Origin: Ideonella sp. MAG2
Lineage (GTDB): Bacteria > Pseudomonadota > Gammaproteobacteria > Burkholderiales > Burkholderiaceae_C
Assembly: GCA_004359425.1 (NCBI GenBank)
Contig: PTEU01000002.1
Location: 462,771-526,770 of the forward strand
Length of the DNA stretch: 64,000 nt
Reading direction: 5' to 3'
Below the pieces are notes generated by a model. The model was not told the origin of the DNA. It saw only the letters and a program-made list of their open reading frames with translations, and did no database searches. This document shows, in pieces, positions 26,897 through 36,978 of the stretch. Within the stretch, counting starts at the first letter, position 1. Each line of letters starts with the position of its first letter. Position numbers and translations under genes: made by a program.

Positions 26897-28969
26897 ATGC
26901 CCGAGTTTGATGCCGCAGACCCGCTGCGCGGCTTGAATGCCGTGTTGGCGCACGGGCGTCTGCTGGCGGTCAACCAGACCCTGGCGGCCTTGCTGGCCCC
27001 GGTGCGGGTGATTCCGGCCCGTGCACGGTTTGTGGGTGACGCCCAAGCGGTGTTGGCCTGGGGCCGCAAGCCCAGCGCCGAGCGCGCCGAGGCCTGGGCC
27101 CAAGAACAAGGCCTGCCCATCTTGCGGCTGGAGGACGGTTTTCTGCGCTCCGTGGGCCTGGGGCCAGATTGCCCAGCCTTATCGATGGTGGTGGACGATG
27201 AAGGCATTTACTACGACTCCAGCAGCCCCTCGCGCCTGGAGCGACTGATCAGCCAGCCTTTGAGTGCGGCGCAAACCGCGCGCGGGCAAGCGCTGATCCA
27301 GGCTTGGCGGGCGGCGCGCGCCTCGAAGTACAACCATGCGCGCGAGCACCCAGAGTGGGTGCGCGAAGGAGATGTGTTGGTGGTGGACCAAACCTTTGGC
27401 GACGCCTCCATCAGCGGTGGCCAGGCCGATGCTCAGAGCTTTTTGCGCATGCTGCAAGCGGCGCTCGACGAGCACCCCCAGGCCCGCATCCTGCTCAAGG
27501 TCCACCCTGACGTGGTGGCCGGCCGCAAACGCGGGCACTTCAGCGCCCTGGACCACACCTTGAGCCCCGCCGCGCGCCAGCGCCTGCAATGGCTGGCCGC
27601 CGACGCCCACCCGCCCAGCCTGCTGGACAGGGTAGCCGCTGTGTACACCGTGACCTCGCAGATGGGCTTTGAAGCCCTGCTGTGGGGCAAGCCCGTGCGC
27701 TGCTTTGGCCTGCCCTTTTATGCAGGCTGGGGGCTGACGCGGGACGAACTCAGCCCTCCTCCCCGCCGCCAGCCCGCCCAGGTCGGCGTGGCGGCGCTGG
27801 CCCATGCCGCCCTGGTGCGCTATGCCCGCTACATCCGCCCAGAAACCGGCGAAGCCTGCGAGGCTGAAGACCTGCTGGACTGGATGGGCCTGCAGCGGCG
27901 CAGCCGAGAGCGCTTCAGCCCCACCGTGGTTGCTGTCGGCTTCTCCGCCTGGAAGAAACCCATCGTCGAGGACTTCTTCGCGGGCAGCGAGGTGCGCTTC
28001 CAAGGCCCCAGAAAGCCTATTGCCCCAGGGGCCACCTTGGCCTTGTGGGGCCAGCGTGAATTGCCTCCTGCCGCCCTGGGATTGAACCCACCGGCAGAGG
28101 TCGTGCGGCTGGAGGACGGCTTTTTGCGCTCGGTGGGCCTGGGGGCGGACCTGGTGCGCCCGCTGTCTTGGGTGATGGACAGACATGGTTTGTATTACGA
28201 CGCCACCCGCCCCTCCGAGCTGGAACACCTGCTACTGACCACCAACTTCGACCCCGCGCTGAAGGCCAGGGCCGCAGCGCTGCGCGAGCGCATCCTGGCC
28301 TTGGGCGTGACCAAGTACAACATGGGCCATACCCCTTGGGCGCGCCCAACCACGCCCCGCGCCGTGGTGCTGGTGGTGGGGCAGGTGGAAGATGACGCCT
28401 CGCTGCGCTGGGGGGCTCCCGGGCTGAATACCAATTTGGCCTTGCTCAAAGCCGTGCGCGCCGAGCGGCCCGACGCCCACTTGATTTACAAGCCCCACCC
28501 GGATGTGGTGGCCCAGTTGCGTGAGCCGGGGGCCAAGGAATCGCGGGCCCACCAGTTCTGCGACGAGATCGTGACCGATACCCCCATGGACAAGCTGCTG
28601 CGCCAGGTAGACCAGGTGCATGTGCTGACCTCGCTGGCTGGATTTGAGGCCCTGCTGCGCGGCACCCCCGTCGTGGTCTGGGGCTGCCCTTTTTACGCCG
28701 GTTGGGGCCTGACGGACGATCGCCAACCGACCGCGCGGCCCCGCCGCCCCTTGGACCTGGACAGCCTGACCGCCGCCACCTTGATCCTCTACCCGAGCTA
28801 TGTCAGCCGGGACAGTGGCTACTTCTGCACACCCGAGCGGGCTGTGGACGAATTGCAGCATTGGCGCGACACCGACGGCCCCAGCACCACCACCCTGACC
28901 CGCCAAGCCTGGCGCATGGCGTTGCGCTGGGGCAAGCGATGGCGAGACAGCTCGCCGAGCCAACATTAG
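26897..28969 (+). CDS. kpsC: capsule polysaccharide beta-Kdo transferase KpsC (two Capsule_synth domains)
   Basis: 690 aa with a duplicated architecture. LEDGFLRSVGLG appears twice, at about aa 78 and aa 405. FEALL.G.PV...G.PFYAGWGLT also appears twice. Confidence 0.9.
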   Translation: MPEFDAADPLRGLNAVLAHGRLLAVNQTLAALLAPVRVIPARARFVGDAQAVLAWGRKPSAERAEAWAQEQGLPILRLEDGFLRSVGLGPDCPALSMVVDDEGIYYDSSSPSRLERLISQPLSAAQTARGQALIQAWRAARASKYNHAREHPEWVREGDVLVVDQTFGDASISGGQADAQSFLRMLQAALDEHPQARILLKVHPDVVAGRKRGHFSALDHTLSPAARQRLQWLAADAHPPSLLDRVAAVYTVTSQMGFEALLWGKPVRCFGLPFYAGWGLTRDELSPPPRRQPAQVGVAALAHAALVRYARYIRPETGEACEAEDLLDWMGLQRRSRERFSPTVVAVGFSAWKKPIVEDFFAGSEVRFQGPRKPIAPGATLALWGQRELPPAALGLNPPAEVVRLEDGFLRSVGLGADLVRPLSWVMDRHGLYYDATRPSELEHLLLTTNFDPALKARAAALRERILALGVTKYNMGHTPWARPTTPRAVVLVVGQVEDDASLRWGAPGLNTNLALLKAVRAERPDAHLIYKPHPDVVAQLREPGAKESRAHQFCDEIVTDTPMDKLLRQVDQVHVLTSLAGFEALLRGTPVVVWGCPFYAGWGLTDDRQPTARPRRPLDLDSLTAATLILYPSYVSRDSGYFCTPERAVDELQHWRDTDGPSTTTLTRQAWRMALRWGKRWRDSSPSQH

Positions 28970-29135
28970 GGAAGTCCTCCTCGAAACTGGGGGTCTCGTT
29001 TTGAGAGCAATCTCGCTAGACTGAGGCAAAGCACAGGGACATCGTCGACCTGGGCGCAGTTTGTCCCAGTCGGCTTCGGCCAGGTGATGCACGCTGTGCC
29101 TTGCGGCAGCTTTCCTGTGAACCTGCCGACACACC

Positions 29136-30401
29136 ATGACACCCCGGTCACTGCACCTTCTCATGGGCCACCAGCGCACCCTGCTGCTGCAAGGCCCGAT
29201 GGGGCCGTTTTTTGAACGGCTGGCGGCGGTGCTGCGTGCGCAGGGGCAAACCGTCTGGAAAGTTAACTTCAACGGCGGGGACGACCACTTCTTCAAGGGC
29301 CCTGGCCGTATTCAGTTTCGGGCCCCGCTGGCCGCATGGCCCCATCGCATCCGCGAGTTGTTGGCCGAGCTCAACATCGATGCACTGGTGTTGTTTGGCC
29401 AGTCTCGCCACCTGCATGCCCAAGCGATAGCGGCGGCCAACGAAATAGGCATACCCGTCTACGTGTTTGAAGAGGGCTATTTCCGCCCCGACTACGTGAC
29501 GCTGGAATGCGGCGGCGTGAACGCCGAATCGTCCTTGCCCACCGACGCGGCCTTCTACCGCCAGTTGGACATCGAGCCCCCCCATGCACCCCAAGCCACA
29601 GGGCAAAGCTTTGCCTCCATGGCGCAATGCGCGATCCGCTACGGCATGGCCATGCACAGTGCCCAAAAGCACTATCCCCACTACACCCACCACCGTAGTC
29701 TGTCCCCAATGCCGGAGGGCTTGCTGTGGCTGAGAGGCGATTGGCGCAAGTGGAAGTACCGTTGGCTGGAGCGTCGTGATTGGGCGGCACTCACCGCGCC
29801 CGAGCGCCGCAAGCGGTTCTTCTTGGTGCCTTTGCAAGTGCAAAACGACAGCCAGATCGTGCATCACTCGCGCTACGACTCCATGCTGCCCTTTATGGAC
29901 GATGTGCTGGAGTCATTCGCAGCGCGCGCGGACCACGGGGATTGGTTGGTCTTTAAGCACCACCCCATGGACCGCCCTTATAACGACTTCACGCACCAGA
30001 TCGCCGCTGCCGCCGCCAAATATGGCCTCAGCGAGCGCGTGCGCTATGTGCACGACCTACACCTGCCCACGCTGCTGAAGGCCGCCAAAGGAGTGATCAC
30101 CGTCAACAGCACCACGGGTTTGCAAGCGCTGTTTCACGGCACTCCGGTGGTCACCTTGGGTGATGCCTTCTACAACGTCCCTGGCTTGGTGCAAGTGGGT
30201 CATCTCGACCAGTTCTGGGCCCAGCCCCACGCTGTGGATACCGATCTCTTCCAGCGCTACCGGGCCTATGTGATCCGCGAAACTCAGCTCAATGCCAGCT
30301 TTTACGCCGATGCACCGGGCTTGTCGTCAAGCACCGTCATCAAGCGGCGCGACGCGCTGGCCGCATCCAGCCCCAAAGACGCGGCCCAGGCCTCGGCCTG
30401 A
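29136..30401 (+). CDS. kpsS: capsule polysaccharide modification protein KpsS
   Basis: 421 aa. [11 protein letters not shown]...[18 protein letters not shown]...[11 protein letters not shown]. The last ~33 codons overlap the metH 3' end on the other strand. Confidence 0.85.
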   Translation: MTPRSLHLLMGHQRTLLLQGPMGPFFERLAAVLRAQGQTVWKVNFNGGDDHFFKGPGRIQFRAPLAAWPHRIRELLAELNIDALVLFGQSRHLHAQAIAAANEIGIPVYVFEEGYFRPDYVTLECGGVNAESSLPTDAAFYRQLDIEPPHAPQATGQSFASMAQCAIRYGMAMHSAQKHYPHYTHHRSLSPMPEGLLWLRGDWRKWKYRWLERRDWAALTAPERRKRFFLVPLQVQNDSQIVHHSRYDSMLPFMDDVLESFAARADHGDWLVFKHHPMDRPYNDFTHQIAAAAAKYGLSERVRYVHDLHLPTLLKAAKGVITVNSTTGLQALFHGTPVVTLGDAFYNVPGLVQVGHLDQFWAQPHAVDTDLFQRYRAYVIRETQLNASFYADAPGLSSSTVIKRRDALAASSPKDAAQASA

Positions 30402-33052
30402 TCGCCGCCAATCCGCCCCACATTGAAGTAAGCCGCTTGCGGGTGGGCCAAGTAGAAGCCGCTGACGCTGGCTGCTGGCGTCATGGCTAGGCTTTCAGTC
30501 AGGCCCATGCCGATCTCATCGCAGGCCAACACGCTGAACATCTCCGCCTTGACGCCGTGGTCCGGGCAGGCCGGGTAGCCGGGTGCCGGCCGAATGCCCT
30601 GGTACTGCTCGGCAATAAGCTGTTCATTGCTGAGCTGTTCATCCGCCGCATAGCCCCACAGCTCGGTGCGCACGCGCTGGTGCAGGCGCTCGGCAAAGGC
30701 TTCAGCCAAGCGGTCGGCCAGGGCCTTGAGCATGATGGCCGAGTAGTCGTCATGCGCGGCTTCAAACGCCGCCGCGCGCGCCTCGGCACCCACGCCCGCC
30801 GTCACGGCAAACAGGCCGATGTAATCGGGCTGCTTGCCCTTGGGGGCGATGAAGTCTGCCAAGCAGCGATTCGGGCGCTTCACGCCGTCCACCACCGGCC
30901 GCTCGGTCTGCATGCGCAGCGGTGCCCAGCGCAGCAGCACCTGCTGGCGGGTCTCGTCGGCATAGACCTCGATCACATCGTCATCCACAGTGTTGGCCGG
31001 GTAGAAGCCCATCACGCCGTGGGCCTGCAGCCAGCGTCCGTCGATGATCTTCTTGAGCAAGGCTTGGCCATCGGCCAGCACCTTACGCGCCGCATCGCCC
31101 ACCACCGCGTCTTGCAAGATCGCGGGGTAGGGCCCCGCCAAATCCCAGGTCTGGAAGAAGGGGCCCCAGTCGATGCAGGCGGCCAGCTCGGCCAGGTCGT
31201 ACTGCTTGAACACCCGGCGGCCCAAAAAGCGTGGCTTGACGGGTGCCACGGTCCAGTCCATCTGCGCCTTATTGGCACGCGCTTGAGCCCAACTGACCAA
31301 GGGCGTGGCTTTGCGGCTGGCATGCAGCTCACGGACCCGCTGATAATCTGCGTTGAGTTCAGCCACGTAGTCGAGCGAGCGCTCGGGCGAGAGCAGATCT
31401 GAGCACACACCCACCGCACGCGAGGCGTCCGGCACATAGACCACCGGCGCGCTGTAGTGCGGCGAGATCTTGACCGCCGTGTGCACGCGGCTGGTGGTAG
31501 CGCCCCCAATCAGCAGCGGCATGCGCCGCTCACGGAAGTAGGGGTCGCGCTCCATCTCGGTGGCCACGTGCTGCATTTCTTCGAGGCTGGGGGTGATGAG
31601 CCCGGAGAGGCCAATGATGTCGGCCCCCTCTTCCTTGGCCTTGGCCAAAATGGCCTGGGCCGGGACCATCACGCCCATGTTCACCACGTCAAAGTTATTG
31701 CACTGCAAAACCACCGAGACGATGTTCTTGCCGATGTCATGCACATCGCCCTTGACGGTGGCGATGACGATCTTGCCCTTGGCTTGTGCAGAGCCGCCCG
31801 CGTCAATCAGCGCGGCCTTTTCAGCCTCGATGTAGGGCAGCAAATGGGCCACGGCCTGCTTCATCACGCGGGCACTCTTGACCACCTGGGGCAAGAACAT
31901 CTTGCCCGCCCCGAATAAATCGCCCACCACATTCATGCCGGCCATCAGCGGGCCTTCGATCACATGCAGAGGGCGGCCGCCCTCTGCTTGGATCTGCAGC
32001 CAGACCTCTTCGGTGTCCACCTCGATGAACTCGGTGATGCCATGCACCAGCGCGTGCGAGAGCCGCTCTTTGACGGGCGCGCCGCGCCAGGCCAGGCGGG
32101 CGGTGTCGTCCTTGGCCACACCCTTCACATGCTCGGCCACTTCCAGCAAGCGCTCGGTGGCATCGGCACGCCGGTTCAGCACCACGTCTTCCACCCGCTC
32201 GCGCAGGTCGGCGTCGAGTTCGTCATACACGCCCACCATGCCGGCGTTGACGATGCCCATGTCCATGCCCGCCTGAATGGCGTGGTAGAGGAACACGGTG
32301 TGGATGGCCTCGCGTACCGGCTCATTGCCGCGGAAGCTGAAGCTGACGTTAGACACGCCGCCCGAGACCTTAGCACCGGGCAGGTGCTGCTTGATCCAGC
32401 GCGTGGCCTCGATGAAGTCCACCGCGTAGTTGTTGTGCTCTTCAATGCCGGTGGCAATGGCAAAGATGTTCGGGTCGAAGATGATGTCTTCAGCCGGGAA
32501 GCCGACCTGGTCCACCAACACGCGGTAGGCGCGCTCGCAGATCTCTGTCTTGCGCGCAAAGGTGTCGGCCTGGCCCTGTTCGTCAAAGGCCATCACCACG
32601 GCAGCGGCGCCATAGCGGCGCACCAAAGTGGCTTGGCGGATGAATTCGGCCTCGCCCTCTTTGAGCGAGATGCTGTTGACGATGCCCTTGCCTTGGATGC
32701 ACTTCAAACCCGCCTCAATGACGCTCCACTTGGAGGAGTCGATCATCACCGGCACGCGGGCGATGTCGGGCTCGGAGGCAATAAGGTTCAAAAAGCGCAC
32801 CATGGCGGCCTGGCTGTCCAGCATGGCCTCGTCCATGTTGACGTCGATGACCTGAGCGCCGTTGTCGACCTGCTGGCGGGCCACCGAGAGCGCGTCTTCA
32901 AAGCGGCCCTCCAAAATCATGCGGGCAAAGACTTTGGAGCCGGTGACATTGGTGCGCTCGCCAATGTTCAGGAACAGCGAGCGCTCATCCAGGGTGACGG
33001 GCTCCAGGCCAGAGAGGCGCATGGGCGGGGGAGAAAGAGGCGATGTGGGCAT
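30302..33052 (-). CDS. metH: methionine synthase, large fragment (pterin-binding, B12-binding and AdoMet-activation domains)
   Basis: 916 aa. [11 protein letters not shown] (pterin domain), [11 protein letters not shown] (B12 DxHxxG) and a reactivation-domain C-terminus. Confidence 0.95.
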   Translation of the reverse strand: MPTSPLSPPPMRLSGLEPVTLDERSLFLNIGERTNVTGSKVFARMILEGRFEDALSVARQQVDNGAQVIDVNMDEAMLDSQAAMVRFLNLIASEPDIARVPVMIDSSKWSVIEAGLKCIQGKGIVNSISLKEGEAEFIRQATLVRRYGAAAVVMAFDEQGQADTFARKTEICERAYRVLVDQVGFPAEDIIFDPNIFAIATGIEEHNNYAVDFIEATRWIKQHLPGAKVSGGVSNVSFSFRGNEPVREAIHTVFLYHAIQAGMDMGIVNAGMVGVYDELDADLRERVEDVVLNRRADATERLLEVAEHVKGVAKDDTARLAWRGAPVKERLSHALVHGITEFIEVDTEEVWLQIQAEGGRPLHVIEGPLMAGMNVVGDLFGAGKMFLPQVVKSARVMKQAVAHLLPYIEAEKAALIDAGGSAQAKGKIVIATVKGDVHDIGKNIVSVVLQCNNFDVVNMGVMVPAQAILAKAKEEGADIIGLSGLITPSLEEMQHVATEMERDPYFRERRMPLLIGGATTSRVHTAVKISPHYSAPVVYVPDASRAVGVCSDLLSPERSLDYVAELNADYQRVRELHASRKATPLVSWAQARANKAQMDWTVAPVKPRFLGRRVFKQYDLAELAACIDWGPFFQTWDLAGPYPAILQDAVVGDAARKVLADGQALLKKIIDGRWLQAHGVMGFYPANTVDDDVIEVYADETRQQVLLRWAPLRMQTERPVVDGVKRPNRCLADFIAPKGKQPDYIGLFAVTAGVGAEARAAAFEAAHDDYSAIMLKALADRLAEAFAERLHQRVRTELWGYAADEQLSNEQLIAEQYQGIRPAPGYPACPDHGVKAEMFSVLACDEIGMGLTESLAMTPAASVSGFYLAHPQAAYFNVGRIGGDQAEAWAASLGLDAASASRRLMTVLDDKPGASA

Positions 33053-33117
33053 GGCAGTTCAGGCGGGTGGCTCGCAAAACCCCGAGGCCAGCCGCGTGCG
33101 CAAGACGCAGCTCACCC

Positions 33118-33202
33118 TGGGGGTGAGCGTGGTTATCGTCCGCTTTACCGGATGGCCCAAGCCTGACAGTGAGGGGCTCACTGCTGCAACGCTCCTTGGA
33201 AG
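33118..33202 (-). promoter_or_regulatory. SAH (S-adenosylhomocysteine) riboswitch in the metH leader
   Basis: Minus strand: CCAAGGAGCGUUGCAGCAGUGAGCCCCUCACUGUCAGGCUUGGGCCAUCCGGUAAAGCGGACGAUAACCACGCUCAC. The helices are CCAAG/CUUGG, GAGCGU/ACGCUC, CAGUGAG/CUCACUG and UCCG/CGGA. It matches the remembered consensus GGAGCGCUGC..GUCAGGCUCGG..AACGGCGCUCA with compensatory changes. It ends 70 nt before the ATG. Confidence 0.75.
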
Positions 33203-33242
33203 CCCTCATTTTAGCCGCGCCCAAACCGGTTATCGTTGCGGC

Positions 33243-33947
33243 ATGGACGCCACCTCTTCTGCGCCCGGCCCCCAGGTGCCGCGCCCCATCACCGATGAAC
33301 CCACTTTGGCCGCCCAGGCCGAGGCCTTGCTGCGCACACCCACGGCGCTGTCTGAGTTGACGGACGAGGAGGCGCGCTGCGTGGTCAGCTATATGCGCCT
33401 GGTGTCCTATGACGAAGGCGCTTTGCTGTTCCGCGAGGGTGACCAAGAGCAAACCGGCTATATGCTGCTGATTCTGCATGGGGATGTGACCGTGGAATCC
33501 ACCGTGGTCAGCCGCACTGAGCCCATTGTGATGTCGGTGCTGGGCCCCGGCAGTTTGATTGGCGAAATGGGCCTGCTGGACGGCGCACCCAGGGCCGCAT
33601 CGTGCGTGGCCAGCCTGCCTGTCACCGGGGCGGCGCTGTCGCGGCGCTCACTGCGCCGTTTGATGGAAGACGCCCCTGAAGTCGCCACCAAGCTGCTGAT
33701 CGCCGTCTCCCAGCGCTTGGCCGAGCGCCTGCGTGAGAGCGGCCGCCAGCAGCGCATTTACTGCCAACTGGTGCGGGCCATGCAAGATGAAATCGAGGCC
33801 CTTGAGCGCAAACTGCTGCAGGTGATCCATGGTTCCGCAGCGCGGACCCAGGCGGCCAGCTCAGGCACACACGCGCCCTCGCCGCCGCCCGGCGACGACG
33901 AACCCATGACCCGGCCCATGCGGGGCGGCAGCTTCGGCCCGTACTGA
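33243..33947 (+). CDS. cyclic-nucleotide-binding domain protein (no DNA-binding domain seen)
   Basis: ATG at 33243 inside ORF 32862..33947. LFREGD...LILHGDV...GPGSLIGEMGLLDGAPRAASCVA is the cNMP-binding fold, with a coiled C-terminus. Confidence 0.8.
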   Translation: MDATSSAPGPQVPRPITDEPTLAAQAEALLRTPTALSELTDEEARCVVSYMRLVSYDEGALLFREGDQEQTGYMLLILHGDVTVESTVVSRTEPIVMSVLGPGSLIGEMGLLDGAPRAASCVASLPVTGAALSRRSLRRLMEDAPEVATKLLIAVSQRLAERLRESGRQQRIYCQLVRAMQDEIEALERKLLQVIHGSAARTQAASSGTHAPSPPPGDDEPMTRPMRGGSFGPY

Positions 33948-33962
33948 TCGCCCGCCGAGGTT

Positions 33963-35015
33963 TTAGGCAGCCAGGGTGCTGAACAAGGGGTCGTGTCGGC
34001 TGCGCGGGCGGTAGGTTTTGACGCTGGCAGCAATGGCCGCAATGTGCTCAGGCGTTGTGCCACAGCAGCCTCCCACAATGTTCAAAAAGCCCGCCTTGGC
34101 GAACTCACCCATCAAGCGGCCCGTCACGTCTGGGGTCTCGTCAAAGCCGGTGTCGCTCATGGGGTTGGGCAAGCCCGCATTGGGGTAGCAACTGATAAAG
34201 GCATCCCCGGCCACGCGACTCAACTCTTCAATATAGGGCCGCATCACCGTGGCCCCCAAGGCACAGTTCAAACCCACGGCCAAGGGGCGGGCATGGCGCA
34301 CCGAATGCCAAAACGCCGCCACGGTTTGCCCCGAGAGAATGCGCCCCGAGGCGTCGGTCACCGTGCCAGAGATGATCACTGGCAGGCGCTCGCCGGTTTC
34401 TTCCATCAGCTCGTCCAGCGCAAAAATGGCGGCCTTGGCATTGAGTGTGTCAAAAATCGTCTCGACCAAGAACACATCCACGCCGCCCTCCAGCAGGGCT
34501 TGGGCTTGTTCCTTGTAGGCGGCCTTGAGTTGGTCAAAACTGATGTTGCGCGCGCCGGGGTCGTTGACCTCGGGGCTGATGCTGGCCGTGCGTGGCGTGG
34601 GGCCTAGGGCCCCGGCCACAAAGCGCGGCTTGTCGGGCGTGCTGTAGGCGTCCGCCGCTGCGCGCGCCAAGCGGGCGGCGGCCAAGTTCATCTCACGTGC
34701 CCAGGAGGCCAGGTCATAGTCTTCCTGGGCGATCGCCGTGGCGCCAAAGGTATTGGTCTCGATCAGGTCCGCCCCGGCCGCCAAGTATTGGTCGTGAATC
34801 TCCCGAATCACGTCGGGGCGGGTCAAGACCAGCAGGTCATTATTGCCCTTCAGGTCTTTGCCATGGCCCGCCAGCGCGGCATTGCGAAAGTCCGCCTCGC
34901 CGAGCTTGTAGCGTTGAATCATGGTGCCCATGGCCCCATCGATGATGGCAATACGGGACGCCAGGATGGCGGGCAGGGCCGCCGCGCGGGTATAGGGCAA
35001 GGTGGGCTTGTTCAT
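33963..35015 (-). CDS. homocysteine S-methyltransferase domain protein (MetH N-terminal module as a separate gene)
   Basis: ORF 33963..35018 (GTG); ATG at 35015. [25 protein letters not shown] and [11 protein letters not shown]. Confidence 0.9.
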   Translation of the reverse strand: MNKPTLPYTRAAALPAILASRIAIIDGAMGTMIQRYKLGEADFRNAALAGHGKDLKGNNDLLVLTRPDVIREIHDQYLAAGADLIETNTFGATAIAQEDYDLASWAREMNLAAARLARAAADAYSTPDKPRFVAGALGPTPRTASISPEVNDPGARNISFDQLKAAYKEQAQALLEGGVDVFLVETIFDTLNAKAAIFALDELMEETGERLPVIISGTVTDASGRILSGQTVAAFWHSVRHARPLAVGLNCALGATVMRPYIEELSRVAGDAFISCYPNAGLPNPMSDTGFDETPDVTGRLMGEFAKAGFLNIVGGCCGTTPEHIAAIAASVKTYRPRSRHDPLFSTLAA

Positions 35016-35054
35016 CACGAGATTGTAGAAACCTCGTCAAGCCCCCTGCAAGCG

Positions 35055-35309
35055 TCAGCTTTGGCTGCGGGTCAAACGCCCCACCACAAAGAGCAATACC
35101 AATGCGCCCAAGATCGAGGCGATCCAGCCCGCCGCCTGCCCTGGGGCGTACCAACCCAGCGCTTGCCCGGCCGTGTTGGCCAAGAAGGACCCCGCCACCC
35201 CCAGCACACAGGTGAGGATCCAACCAATCTTTTGATCACCGGGCATCAGCAGTCGAGCCACCGCCCCAACGATCAAACCCACAAACAATGTGGCCAAAGC
35301 GCTACCCAT
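35055..35309 (-). CDS. GlsB/YeaQ/YmgE family membrane protein
   Basis: 84 aa. VGLIVGAVARLLMPG...ILGVAGSFLA is typical of transglycosylase-associated proteins. Confidence 0.85.
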   Translation of the reverse strand: MGSALATLFVGLIVGAVARLLMPGDQKIGWILTCVLGVAGSFLANTAGQALGWYAPGQAAGWIASILGALVLLFVVGRLTRSQS

Positions 35310-35596
35310 ACGACACCCTCCAGAGTAAGAACGACGCTGCCACAGTAATTCAAATGCACCCTATTCGCCTCAGCGAACAGACCTATTTGTGTGACGGTCG
35401 CCTCCAGCGTCGGCAGCAACAGACGGACGCAGTGAAATGCGTCACCAAATTCAGGCACCCGACTGCCCAGCGCCTGCCGCCACGGGGGGGGCAGGCCCCG
35501 CCCGTTTGGCCCCTAATATGAATGGTGTCGAGATGCGGCCATTTCCATCACACTGGTTTGAACCCCCTGCAACGAGCCCAACCCGAAAGGCCGCCC

Positions 35597-36973
35597 ATGA
35601 CCCACGCACGCTCCCTCGCCAAGCACTGGGCAGGCCTGTTGATCGCTGCCGGCGTAGCGGCCAGCCCAACTGCGCCCGCCGCCCCACTGTGTACCCAGCA
35701 GTGGGGCAATATTGAGGTGTTGCACCCGACGCCGGGCCAGGTCGCCGACATCAAGGCGGGCGTCGACGATATGGGCCGTGTTCATGTCGCCTATGTCATG
35801 GTGCTGAACGAAGGTCGGCGCGAGGTCTTGTCGGTGCGCATGCGCACCCCCGATGGGGTGTGGCAGCCCCCGCAAGTTTTGTATGAACGAAAAGGTGAGG
35901 AGCCGTCTTTCACGACGCTGAGCTTGGCGGTCGGCCCGAGTGGCCATGCACTGCTGGCCTGGGTGGGAGGCTACAGTCGAAATCCAGAGGTTGCCGCCTA
36001 CACCCCAGATACCGGATGGGGCATGCCTATCAGCCTGAAGCTGCAGGGTGTGGGCGTGGCTCATGGCCTCGTGACTCAGGTTAACGGCAGCGGGACGGGC
36101 ATCGTGGCATGGCGTGCCCAAGATGTCATCCTGAGCCGCCACCACACCCCAGCAAGCGGTTGGGGCGAGCCACAACGCTTCCCCACCTCCAATACTGGTT
36201 TCGGTGGCGACGCGCCCTATCTGTCCTTGTCCCAAAACGAGGCCGGGCAGGCCGTGCTGGCCTGGGGCGAACAAGCCCCCAAAGCCGTCACTTTCACCCC
36301 ACAAGCAGGCTGGACGGCCCCCGCCACTTTGAAGGCAATCGGCCGGGTGGACTTTCGGCGCACGCCTGAGGCCGCCATGGATCAGGCCGGGAATGCCTTC
36401 GTCACCTGGTCGCACAGCGGCAGCAAATCCAAATCCGCCAAGCTCAAAATCTGGGCCGCACGATTCAACGCGGCACAGGGCTGGCAACGCGCTGAGCCGA
36501 TCAGCCAGTCGGAGCGGCATGCCGTTCAACCCGATGTGGCAGCCCACAACGGCCGCGCCGCCGTGGTCTGGAGCGGAGTGGTCCGCACCATCCAAGAGCG
36601 TGCCAAGTTCAGCCTCTATGACCCCGCCCTCGGCTGGAGCCCGGAAGGCGACACCACCCCACAGCCCACACCTGAGGCCATAGGCCGACCCTTGGTCCAC
36701 CTATCGTCAGCAGGCGTGCTGACCGTCGCTCGCTTTGTCAAACTCTCTGGCGACTCTCTTTATACAGAGACCTCATCCCGTACCTGGGGAAGTACCCTGG
36801 GCAAGCCTGTGATCGAAATGCACCCTATGGTCCCCTGGGATTTCGCCGCGAACTCGGGGGCGCACCAAGTGCTGGTCGATGCTCTGGACCTGGGGGCACC
36901 GGGTGACCTTAGCCATTGGCTGCCACGGGCTCGGGTGGGCACCGTCACCTGTCCTGCCGGTGCTCAACGTTGA
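35597..36973 (+). CDS. secreted protein with 6-7 ~40-aa repeats (beta-propeller-like), unknown function
   Basis: ATG at 35597 gives a signal peptide. Each repeat unit ends in P..GW..P, for example TPDGVWQPPQVL, TPDTGWGMPISL, TPASGWGEPQRF, TPQAGWTAPATL, AAQGWQRAEPI and DPALGWSPEGD. Confidence 0.6.
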   Translation: MTHARSLAKHWAGLLIAAGVAASPTAPAAPLCTQQWGNIEVLHPTPGQVADIKAGVDDMGRVHVAYVMVLNEGRREVLSVRMRTPDGVWQPPQVLYERKGEEPSFTTLSLAVGPSGHALLAWVGGYSRNPEVAAYTPDTGWGMPISLKLQGVGVAHGLVTQVNGSGTGIVAWRAQDVILSRHHTPASGWGEPQRFPTSNTGFGGDAPYLSLSQNEAGQAVLAWGEQAPKAVTFTPQAGWTAPATLKAIGRVDFRRTPEAAMDQAGNAFVTWSHSGSKSKSAKLKIWAARFNAAQGWQRAEPISQSERHAVQPDVAAHNGRAAVVWSGVVRTIQERAKFSLYDPALGWSPEGDTTPQPTPEAIGRPLVHLSSAGVLTVARFVKLSGDSLYTETSSRTWGSTLGKPVIEMHPMVPWDFAANSGAHQVLVDALDLGAPGDLSHWLPRARVGTVTCPAGAQR

Positions 36974-36978
36974 GCGGC

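Noticed and set aside
33053-33242. Cobalamin riboswitch upstream of metH
   Set aside because: No B12-box-like sequence is present. The conserved helices fit the SAH riboswitch instead.
35513-36700. 395-aa minus-strand ORF
   Set aside because: It is a shadow ORF opposite the repeat-containing secreted protein, with no start context or motifs.
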